Source of the DNA: Acidobacteriota bacterium
GTDB taxonomy: Bacteria > Acidobacteriota > Terriglobia > Terriglobales > Acidobacteriaceae
NCBI GenBank assembly: GCA_021846985.1
Contig: JAJZVX010000018.1
Location: forward strand, 297-64,296
Direction: 5' to 3'
Length of the DNA: 64,000 nucleotides
Translations under genes and position numbers: made by a program
Notes under the pieces: generated by a model
Told to the model about the DNA's origin: nothing
Database searches by the model: none
The model's input: only the letters and a program-made list of their open reading frames with translations
Shown here: piece after piece, positions 56,749 to 64,000 of the stretch
Layout: every line of letters begins with the position of its first letter
How positions within the stretch are numbered: position 1 is the stretch's first letter

Positions 56749-58167
56749 TTGACCGACACTCTTTACGACGTTGCCATCGCCGGCGGCGGTCCCGCCGGCT
56801 ACACGGCCGCCATTCGCGGCGCCCAATACGGCCTCAAGGTCGCCCTCATTGACAAGTCCGCCCGCCTCGGCGGCACCTGCCTCCATGTGGGCTGCATCCC
56901 CACCAAGGCCCTGCTCTTCAACGCCGAAATCTGGGGCCACGTCCAGCATGCCGCCGCTTTCGGCATCGAGGGTCTCGGCGCGCCCACCCTCAATTGGGCC
57001 GCCGTCCTCAGCCGCAAGGACGCTATCGTAAACAAGCACGTCAAGGGCCTCGACTTCCTGATGAAGAAGCACAAGATTACCGTCCTCCAGGGCTCCGGCC
57101 GCCTCACCGGTCCTGCGCAGGCCGGCATACACACCGTCGAAGTCGCCGCCGCATCCGGCCTCATGCAGCTCCAGGCCCGCCACGTCATCCTCGCCACCGG
57201 CTCTGAGGCCAAACTGCTCCCCGGCCTCCAGCCCGGCCCGCGCATCCTTACCAATATCGAAATCCTCTCGCTACCACAGCCGCCCGCCTCGCTCATCGTC
57301 ATCGGCGCCGGCGCCGTCGGTCTCGAGTTCAGCTCCATCTTCCGCAGCTTCGGCGCCGAGGTCTCCCTGCTCGAATTCCTCCCCCGCATCGCTCCCGTCG
57401 AAGACGAAGATATTTCCAAAGAGCTCACCCGCCTCTTCAAAAAGCGCGGCATCGACGTCTCGACTGGCGCTCGCGTCGAGCAGGTGGAAGAAACCGAAAC
57501 CGGCGTCCGCGTCCGATTCACCGATGCCTACGGCAAGCCGCAGGTCAAGGAAGCAGAAAAGGTGCTCGTCGCCGTGGGCCGCGCCGGCCGCACTGCGGAC
57601 CTCGGCCTCGAAAAGACCCGCATCCAGCTCGACCGCGGTCTCATCCCCGTCAACGAAGCTCAAGAGACCGCCGAACCGGGCGTCTTCGCCATCGGCGACA
57701 TCGTCTCCGGGTTGCCGCAACTGGCGCACGTGGGCATGATGAGCGGCATGGTCGCCGCCGCTCAAATCGCTGGCCGCCCCTTCCGTCCCGTCCGCCGCGA
57801 CCGCATCCCCGGCTGCACCTATACCGAGCCGCAGATCGGATCGGTTGGCTTAACGGAAGCCCAGGCCCGCGAAAAGGGCTATACCGTCAAGGTGGGCAAA
57901 TTCCCCTTCGCCGGCAACTCCAAGGCCACCATCGTCGGCTGCCACGACGGCTTTGTGAAGATCGTCTCCGACGCCCAGTACGGCGAAATCCTCGGCGTCC
58001 ACATCCTCGGACCTCAGGCGACAGAACTGATCGCAGAAGCCGTTGCCGTGCTCGAGCTCGAAGGCACCGTCGAGGAGATGATGTGTACCATCCACGCCCA
58101 TCCCACGCTGGCCGAGTCCATGCTCGACGCCTACGCCGCCGTCCACGCCATGGCTATCAACGCCTGA
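56749..58167 (+). CDS. lpdA: Dihydrolipoyl dehydrogenase
   Basis: GGGPAGY, GGTCLHVGCIPTK, GAGAVGLE and HAHPTLAE; TTG start after GGAG. Confidence 0.96.
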   Translation: MTDTLYDVAIAGGGPAGYTAAIRGAQYGLKVALIDKSARLGGTCLHVGCIPTKALLFNAEIWGHVQHAAAFGIEGLGAPTLNWAAVLSRKDAIVNKHVKGLDFLMKKHKITVLQGSGRLTGPAQAGIHTVEVAAASGLMQLQARHVILATGSEAKLLPGLQPGPRILTNIEILSLPQPPASLIVIGAGAVGLEFSSIFRSFGAEVSLLEFLPRIAPVEDEDISKELTRLFKKRGIDVSTGARVEQVEETETGVRVRFTDAYGKPQVKEAEKVLVAVGRAGRTADLGLEKTRIQLDRGLIPVNEAQETAEPGVFAIGDIVSGLPQLAHVGMMSGMVAAAQIAGRPFRPVRRDRIPGCTYTEPQIGSVGLTEAQAREKGYTVKVGKFPFAGNSKATIVGCHDGFVKIVSDAQYGEILGVHILGPQATELIAEAVAVLELEGTVEEMMCTIHAHPTLAESMLDAYAAVHAMAINA

Positions 58168-58265
58168 AGCGCGCCTATCTTCGTCCGCTCCAAGGTCGAA
58201 CGCCGAGCGGACCATCTTCCCTTTGCCTCATCCCGGCATCGCAAGCCTTGCCGTCAGGAGAAAGT

Positions 58266-58568
58266 ATGAAAACCGTCCAGAATCTGCTTCTGCTCATCGC
58301 CGGCGCGCTGCTTTGCCTCGCCGTCCAGGGCTTCCTTAAGCCCCGTCCCGCCCACGCCGCCGACCAGCTCGGCAGCGGAACCGTTTGCACGGCGCAGGTA
58401 CCCGCCGAGTGGGGCGAGTTCCGCGGCTCCTCCATCTTCGGCATCGCCTTCGAAGACGACAATGGAACCCTCCGCTTTGTGGCTCATCCGCCCTGCGGCA
58501 CAGACTCCTCGTCCAATCCGCTCCCCGCTCCCACCGTCGATCTGCTGATCGAGAGAAAACCGCAATGA
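58266..58568 (+). CDS. Small exported hypothetical protein (100 aa)
   Basis: AGGAG RBS, signal peptide ending AHA, two Cys residues in the mature part. Confidence 0.75.
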   Translation: MKTVQNLLLLIAGALLCLAVQGFLKPRPAHAADQLGSGTVCTAQVPAEWGEFRGSSIFGIAFEDDNGTLRFVAHPPCGTDSSSNPLPAPTVDLLIERKPQ

Positions 58569-58593
58569 AGCCTCTCGCCGCAGCGGCGCTGGG

Positions 58594-60627
58594 TCACAGC
58601 TCCGTCGATCGTTCCTCCACCAGCCGCTTGGCCCTGGCAACAAACTCCGCCAGCGGCATGGATCCCTGGTCGCCTTTGCCGCGCGTGCGCACGCTCACCG
58701 CGCCCGCCGCCTCTTCCTTGTCGCCAAACACCAGGATGTACGGCGTCTTCTGGTTGGCAAAGTCGCGGATCTTCGCGTTCATCTTCTCGTTGCGCTCATC
58801 CACCTCGGTGCGCAGTCCGGCCGCCTTCAGCGCCGCCTCCACCTTCTTCGCGTACTCAAGGTGCCGCTCGCTGATCGGCACCAGTCCGGTCTGCACCGGA
58901 GCCAGCCACAGCGGAAACGCCCCCGCATAGTGCTCGATCAGCACTCCGAAGAACCGCTCCACGCTCCCGAACAGCGCCCGGTGCACCATCACCGGCTGGT
59001 GCCTTTCGCCATCCTCGCCCACATACTCCAGCTCAAACCGCGCCGGCAAATTGAAGTCGAACTGCACCGTCGAGAGCTGCCACAACCGTCCCAGCACGTC
59101 CACCAGCTTCACGTCGATCTTCGGCCCGTAGAACGCCGCCTCGCCCGGAATCGTCTTGTGCTTGATTCCCTTCCGCTCCAGCGCACGCTCCAGCGAACCC
59201 ACCGCCAGCTTCCAGTTCTCGTCTGATCCCGCATAGTGTGCCCGGTCGTTCGGATCCCAGGTGGAAAGCTCCACCTTGAACTCCGCGAACCCGAAGGTCG
59301 TCAGCACCGCCTCGGCAAAGTCGATGCACGCCACCACCTCGTCCTCGATCTGTCCCGGCGTGCAGAAAATGTGCGCGTCGTCCTGCGTAAACCCGCGCAC
59401 CCGCAGCAGCCCGTGCATCGTCCCCGACCGCTCATACCGATACACATTGCCCAGTTCCGCATAGCGCACCGGCAAATCCCGGTAGCTCTTCGGCGTATTC
59501 TTGTAAATCAAAATGTGGAAAGGGCAGTTCATCGGCTTCATGCGATAGTTCGCATCGTCCAGTTCCATCGGCGTAAACATGTTGGCCGCGTAAAAGCCCT
59601 CGTGCCCGCTCGTCTGCCACAGGTTCACCCGCGCCACGTGCGGCGTATACACCAGCTCGTACCCGCGCCGCAGGCACTCCTCCCGCATCCAGTCCTCCAT
59701 GATCTTGCGGATCATGGCCCCCTTCGGATGCCAGAAGATCAGCCCCGCTCCGGCCAGCTCCTGAATGCTGAACAGGTCCAGTTGCTTGCCCAGCACGCGA
59801 TGATCGCGCCGCGCCGCCTCTTCCAGCCGCGCAAAGTGCGCGTCCAGTTCTTTCTTTGAGAAAAATGCTGTTCCGTGAATCCTTTGCAACTGCGGATTGT
59901 TTTCGTCACCCAGCCAGTACGCCCCGGCCAGCGTGGTCAGCTTCACCGCCTTCACGCGTCCCGTCGAGGGCACGTGCGGCCCCCGGCAAAAGTCCACAAA
60001 CTTCCCGTTGCGATAGAAGCTCACTTCCTCGCCCGGCGCCGTGAACCGCGTCACGAAGTGCGTCTTCATAAAGTCGCCGTCGCGCTCAAACTCCTCGAGC
60101 GCCTTCTCCCGCGGCGCACGCTCCCGCACAAACTTTTCGTCCCGCGCAATTACCTCCACCATGCGCTTCTCAATCTCCGCCAGATCCTCCGGCGTGAATG
60201 GCTTTTCGCGATAAAAGTCATAGAAGAACCCCGCCTCCGTCGCCGGCCCGTGTCCCAGCTTCGTCTCCGGAAACAGTTCCAGCACCGCCGTCGCCAGAAC
60301 GTGCGCCGCCGAGTGCCGCAGCACCTTCAGCGCCTCCGGATCCTTCTCCGTCACCAACTCCAGCCGCGTCTCGGCCGTCAGCGGAGTCGTCAGGTCCACC
60401 AGCCGCGCCGCATGCGCGTCCTCGGCCGCATACATCGCCGCCTCCGAGGCGCGTTCGTCCTCCGCGGTCTTCTCCTTCGCCCCCGTCAGCGGCGTCAGCC
60501 GCGCCGCCACCGCCGCCGCCGCCAGCCGCGGCGAAATCGTGTGGGCTATCTCCAAGGGCGTCGTCCCCGCCGGAACCTCTTTCACGGCTCCGTCGGGCAG
60601 GTGTACGGCGATCGTCTGCTTGCTCAT
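58594..60627 (-). CDS. thrS: Threonine--tRNA ligase
   Basis: TGS domain, HSAAH and CRGPH editing motifs, KPMNCP, RYERSG, QLSTVQFD and HRALFGS. Confidence 0.98.
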   Translation of the reverse strand: MSKQTIAVHLPDGAVKEVPAGTTPLEIAHTISPRLAAAAVAARLTPLTGAKEKTAEDERASEAAMYAAEDAHAARLVDLTTPLTAETRLELVTEKDPEALKVLRHSAAHVLATAVLELFPETKLGHGPATEAGFFYDFYREKPFTPEDLAEIEKRMVEVIARDEKFVRERAPREKALEEFERDGDFMKTHFVTRFTAPGEEVSFYRNGKFVDFCRGPHVPSTGRVKAVKLTTLAGAYWLGDENNPQLQRIHGTAFFSKKELDAHFARLEEAARRDHRVLGKQLDLFSIQELAGAGLIFWHPKGAMIRKIMEDWMREECLRRGYELVYTPHVARVNLWQTSGHEGFYAANMFTPMELDDANYRMKPMNCPFHILIYKNTPKSYRDLPVRYAELGNVYRYERSGTMHGLLRVRGFTQDDAHIFCTPGQIEDEVVACIDFAEAVLTTFGFAEFKVELSTWDPNDRAHYAGSDENWKLAVGSLERALERKGIKHKTIPGEAAFYGPKIDVKLVDVLGRLWQLSTVQFDFNLPARFELEYVGEDGERHQPVMVHRALFGSVERFFGVLIEHYAGAFPLWLAPVQTGLVPISERHLEYAKKVEAALKAAGLRTEVDERNEKMNAKIRDFANQKTPYILVFGDKEEAAGAVSVRTRGKGDQGSMPLAEFVARAKRLVEERSTEL

Positions 60628-60961
60628 GTCTTCGGGTTTCCTAAGGCGCTGCCGCCGTGTGGTTTCGGTGCGCGGCAACTCTTCAGGATATACCGGCCCC
60701 ACCCGGAACCATCCCGCTCTGCGCCGTGTAGACCATCTGCCGGCCCAATCTGCTATCGTGTTCCAGCCCCGCCGTAACAGTCTGACTTGCTTGCCCGTCG
60801 AAGGGGCGCAAGGATGGGCCGCTTCCAACGGATTTCTTCTTTGCTGCAAGCGCCAGTTAAGCTAACATGGGCCGTACCACGAGCAAACTCTCCGGCATGA
60901 ATGGTTGGGGCAGTCACTCTTGCCCAGTTCGCTGGAAGGTCCGGTGGGTGAGAACGCGCCC

Positions 60962-61459
60962 ATGATCGTCCGTTCTGCGAAACTCTTGCTGTTGGCCGCC
61001 GTTGCGTTGTTCAATACGCTGGTTGTCTTCAATAACCTCACTGACTTCAACTCGAACTACCAGTTCGTGCGCCATGTACTCAGCATGGACACGACTTTTC
61101 CGGTCAATCACGGGATGTGGCGGGCCTTGACCCCGCCCGCCGCGCATCTTGCCTTTTTCCTGGGCATTATCGCGTGGGAGATCGTAACCGCGGTTCTGCT
61201 CTGGTGGGGCGTGGTGCGCTTGCTGCGCGCGCTTCGCCTCCCGGCGGCGCAGTTCCATACCGCCAAGGGAATTTCCATCGCCGCGCTCACGCTTTCCCTG
61301 CTCATGTGGCTGGGCGCCTTTCTGGCCGTGGGCGGAGAGTGGTTCCTGATGTGGCAGTCGCGCGTATGGAATGGCCAGGAAGCCGCCGGCCGCAACTTTG
61401 CCGTGACCGGAATCGTCCTTCTGATTCTGCTGCAGCCGGATGCGGATGGGCAGCCGTAA
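60962..61459 (+). CDS. DUF2165 family membrane protein
   Basis: VFNNLTDFNSNYQFVRHVLSMDTTF and VGGEWFLMWQS..WNGQ. Confidence 0.88.
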   Translation: MIVRSAKLLLLAAVALFNTLVVFNNLTDFNSNYQFVRHVLSMDTTFPVNHGMWRALTPPAAHLAFFLGIIAWEIVTAVLLWWGVVRLLRALRLPAAQFHTAKGISIAALTLSLLMWLGAFLAVGGEWFLMWQSRVWNGQEAAGRNFAVTGIVLLILLQPDADGQP

Positions 61460-61808
61460 TATGCCGGGGGCGTTCATGTTCCCCACCGCCGCCATGGCCT
61501 GCTCTACTCTCGGCGGCTGGTCCATCCGGCCACCCGCACTTCCACCAGCCTGGGCCAGGCCTCGCCGCCTCAAAAAGCAGAACCCGAAGTTCACGGCGCA
61601 ACATCCACGGTCCATCGTCGAGCTCGCTTCGTTGCCGCTTCGCACGAGCGTGAACTCATCCGGCCGCGCTTCCTTCTCGGCTGGCGCCGGCCCGCGACTT
61701 CGCCCATTTCAGGTCATCGCTGCCGGCGCGGCTTTCTTTCCACGCCATCCATCCCACCATCGCCGCGGCCGTGCGCATCCTTTACCCTGATCTCGAAGGA
61801 GGAACGAC

Positions 61809-62273
61809 ATGCGCTGGATGGCTCTGTTGCTTTGGATCGCCCTGTGCCTGGCCGTCGGCTTCCTCAGCGGCCGATGGACCGCCGCCGAAATTCCCACCTG
61901 GTATCGCACCCTTCGCCGGCCTGCCATCGCTCCGCCCAACTGGGTCTTCGCCCCCGTCTGGACAGCGCTCTATCTCCTCATGGCCGTCGCCGCCTGGCGG
62001 GTCTGGCTCGCCACCCCATCGTCCGCGCGCGCTTGGGCGCTGGCGCTCTTCCTCGCCCAGCTCGCCCTCAACTTCGCCTGGTCGCTCCTCTTCTTTCGTT
62101 TCCACGCGATCGGCGCGGCGCTGGTTGAGGTGCTCTGCCTCTGGGCCGCTATCGCCGCCACCGCGTTCGCCTTTGCGCGCGTCTCTCCCGCCGCCGCCTG
62201 GCTTCTCGCCCCCTACCTCGCCTGGGTCGCCTTTGCCGCCTTTCTCAACGCTGCCTTCTGGCGCCTCAACTGA
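61809..62273 (+). CDS. tspO: TspO/MBR tryptophan-rich sensory protein
   Basis: WYRTL.RP...PPNWVFAPVWT.LY...QL.LN..WS..FF...LLAPYLAWV.FA..LN. Confidence 0.93.
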   Translation: MRWMALLLWIALCLAVGFLSGRWTAAEIPTWYRTLRRPAIAPPNWVFAPVWTALYLLMAVAAWRVWLATPSSARAWALALFLAQLALNFAWSLLFFRFHAIGAALVEVLCLWAAIAATAFAFARVSPAAAWLLAPYLAWVAFAAFLNAAFWRLN

Positions 62274-62373
62274 ACCTTGCCGGCTGGCAGTCCCCCGACG
62301 TCCCACGCCTGCCCCCTGCCGTTTAGACTGAAGAAGGCCGCAGGCGCTTCCTGCCGGTCCCCACTAGGTACGC

Positions 62374-63207
62374 ATGCATTTCCATTTCCCTTTTTCCGTC
62401 AATCAGGTTCTTTGGGCGCTCACCTTCGCCGCACAACTGGTCCTGCTGGTTGTCCTGCTGGGGCGCGACCGCATCCGGCGCTATCCATGGTTCACCGCCA
62501 GCATCGTCCTCTACGCCTTCCGGCTGTTGATTGAGGTGCTGCTTTTCGGCCGCCTGCCCGTTCCCACCCTGCGCATCCTCTTCATCGTGATGGCCGATCT
62601 GGCTGCCGTCGTGGGCCTGCTGGTGCTTGTGGAGATGGCCCGGCGCGCCTTTGCCGGCGCTGGCCGTGCTGCATGGATCGCCGCTGCTCTCGCCCTGCTC
62701 GCCGTCGGCGGCCTCGTCATTGCCTTCTGGGGTCCCTGGCCTCCCGCCGGCCAACTCATCCCCAAGTCCCTCTTCAATACCCTGAACCTCATGCGCGTGC
62801 TGGCCCAGAAAGGCGACATGCTCATCGATGTGCTCACCGTTCAGCTTGGCATCCTGGTGGTCTTTTTCGGCCGCCGCTTCCATGCCGGCTGGCGCAGCCA
62901 CACCCAGCGCATCGTTATCGGCCTCTCCACCTTCGCCGCTTCCTGGCTCATCATCGAGGGCGTCTGGCAGATCATCGCAGCCACGGTCCATCCCCACACC
63001 CAGACCGAATACGAGCGCATCGTCGGACTCGGCGCCCGGCTGGTAAACGCCAACAGGGTAGTCTTCCTTGCCGTCCTGGTGTGGTGGATCGCCTGCCTAT
63101 GGGTTGACGAGCCAGGCCCGCCCGTCGCCACGCCAGCCTCCGATTCAATCCTGCTTCCCATCGGCGGCGTACCCGCCGGGAAGCACGACCCCGGCCCCGG
63201 GGAGTAA
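62374..63207 (+). CDS. Hypothetical polytopic membrane protein (about 7 TM)
   Basis: About seven hydrophobic segments; no family recognised. Confidence 0.75.
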   Translation: MHFHFPFSVNQVLWALTFAAQLVLLVVLLGRDRIRRYPWFTASIVLYAFRLLIEVLLFGRLPVPTLRILFIVMADLAAVVGLLVLVEMARRAFAGAGRAAWIAAALALLAVGGLVIAFWGPWPPAGQLIPKSLFNTLNLMRVLAQKGDMLIDVLTVQLGILVVFFGRRFHAGWRSHTQRIVIGLSTFAASWLIIEGVWQIIAATVHPHTQTEYERIVGLGARLVNANRVVFLAVLVWWIACLWVDEPGPPVATPASDSILLPIGGVPAGKHDPGPGE

Positions 63208-63288
63208 AATGCTCCGCGGCCGCCCCGCGCCATCTGGCGCCGCTTCGCGGGGCAGCCGAAACAGCTTGCACACACCAAGGCAGGAAAT

Positions 63289-64000
63289 ATGACAACCCCT
63301 GAGATTTCGGCTTTACCTGCTACCAAAGTCCGTCCCCACCTTACCCAGAACGAAGCTCTGCTTTTTGAGAAGTCTTCCCCCGGCAAGCGCGCCTACAAGC
63401 TGCCCCCGCTTGACGTGCCGGCCGTCGATGCCGGCGCGCTGCTCGGCGATGCGCACCGAACGAACGTCGCCGCGCTCCCGGAGTTGAGCGAGATCGAGAT
63501 CGTCCGCCACTTCACCCGCCTTTCCACCTGGAACTACGCCATCGACTTGGGCATGTATCCGCTCGGATCCTGCACCATGAAGTACAACCCTCGCGTCAAT
63601 GAGCTGGCTGCGCACATCGAGGGCCTTGCCGAAGCCCATCCCTACCGCCCCGATTCCCTGGCACAGGGCAGCCTCGAGATCATCGACCTGCTCCAGCGCT
63701 GCCTGCTCGAAATTACCGGCATGGACGCCATCACCCTGCAGCCCGCGGCCGGGGCTCATGGCGAAATGACCGGCATCCTCCTCGTTCGCGCCTGGCACCA
63801 GTCGCAAGGCAATCCCCGCCGCAAGGTGCTCATCCCCGACTCCGCCCACGGCACCAATCCCGCCACCGCGGCCATCTGCGGTTATACCGTGGAGAACCTC
63901 AAATCGAACCCCGAGGGCGGCATCGATATCAAGGCCCTCGCCGCCCAGGTGGACTCCGAAACCGCTGCGCTGATGCTCACCAACCCCTCCACCATCGGCG
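63289..64000 (+). CDS. gcvPB: Glycine dehydrogenase (decarboxylating) subunit 2, partial
   Basis: Manual translation: LLFEKSSPG...LPELSEIEIVRHFTRLS...MYPLGSCTMKYNP...QPAAGAHGE...DSAHGTNPA...MLTNPST; runs off the window. Confidence 0.95.
   Translation, partial: MTTPEISALPATKVRPHLTQNEALLFEKSSPGKRAYKLPPLDVPAVDAGALLGDAHRTNVAALPELSEIEIVRHFTRLSTWNYAIDLGMYPLGSCTMKYNPRVNELAAHIEGLAEAHPYRPDSLAQGSLEIIDLLQRCLLEITGMDAITLQPAAGAHGEMTGILLVRAWHQSQGNPRRKVLIPDSAHGTNPATAAICGYTVENLKSNPEGGIDIKALAAQVDSETAALMLTNPSTIG

Noticed and set aside
60628-60960. T-box leader upstream of thrS
   Set aside because: No AGGGTGGNACCGCG T-box consensus or terminator/antiterminator pair on the minus strand.
61460-61800. ORF 61440-61790 or a pseudogene between DUF2165 and tspO
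   Set aside because: No frame shows a recognisable family or consistent codon bias.
63208-63288. Glycine riboswitch before gcvPB
   Set aside because: The spacer is only about 80 bp and lacks the GGAGA...CCGAAG...CTCTCAGG pattern.
1-64000. Numerous long Arg/Pro/Ala-rich ORFs overlapping real genes (e.g. 5283-7043, 27951-30080, 49004-50716)
   Set aside because: These are expected shadow ORFs of a high-GC genome, antisense or out of frame to genes with clear family motifs.

Overview
GC-rich bacterial chromosome segment. Gene content and protein styles suggest an Acidobacteriaceae-like organism (inference). Housekeeping genes are mutM, purA, thrS, lpdA, glgC, hpnI, an AlkA-type glycosylase and a partial gcvPB. 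They are interspersed with secreted carbohydrate-active enzymes (GH29, CE15, two GH2, a DUF5054/GH38-like protein) plus a GH57, an RND efflux pair, two MacB-type permeases and a tricorn protease. No rRNA, tRNA or CRISPR array was seen. The most unusual part is the first 9.5 kb, a signalling cluster. It holds (i) a secreted subtilase ending in nine exact SIVWGT repeats, divergent from a membrane-bound HD-GYP protein, and (ii) a TPR Ser/Thr kinase coupled to a phosphorylation-type ECF sigma. The kinase/sigma pair is bracketed by a catalytically dead paralogous pseudokinase lacking the N-terminal helical domain, and by a 68-aa stand-alone copy of exactly that domain. The second highlight is a degenerate IS1-family-like element (about 22151-24802). 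It carries a small KGG-motif basic protein and an unknown cargo gene, and a 13-bp motif sits in the promoters of both the small protein and a chimeric transposase. A candidate structured RNA of about 180 nt lies downstream of mutM. All assignments come from motif recognition by eye; no database searches or folding programs were run.
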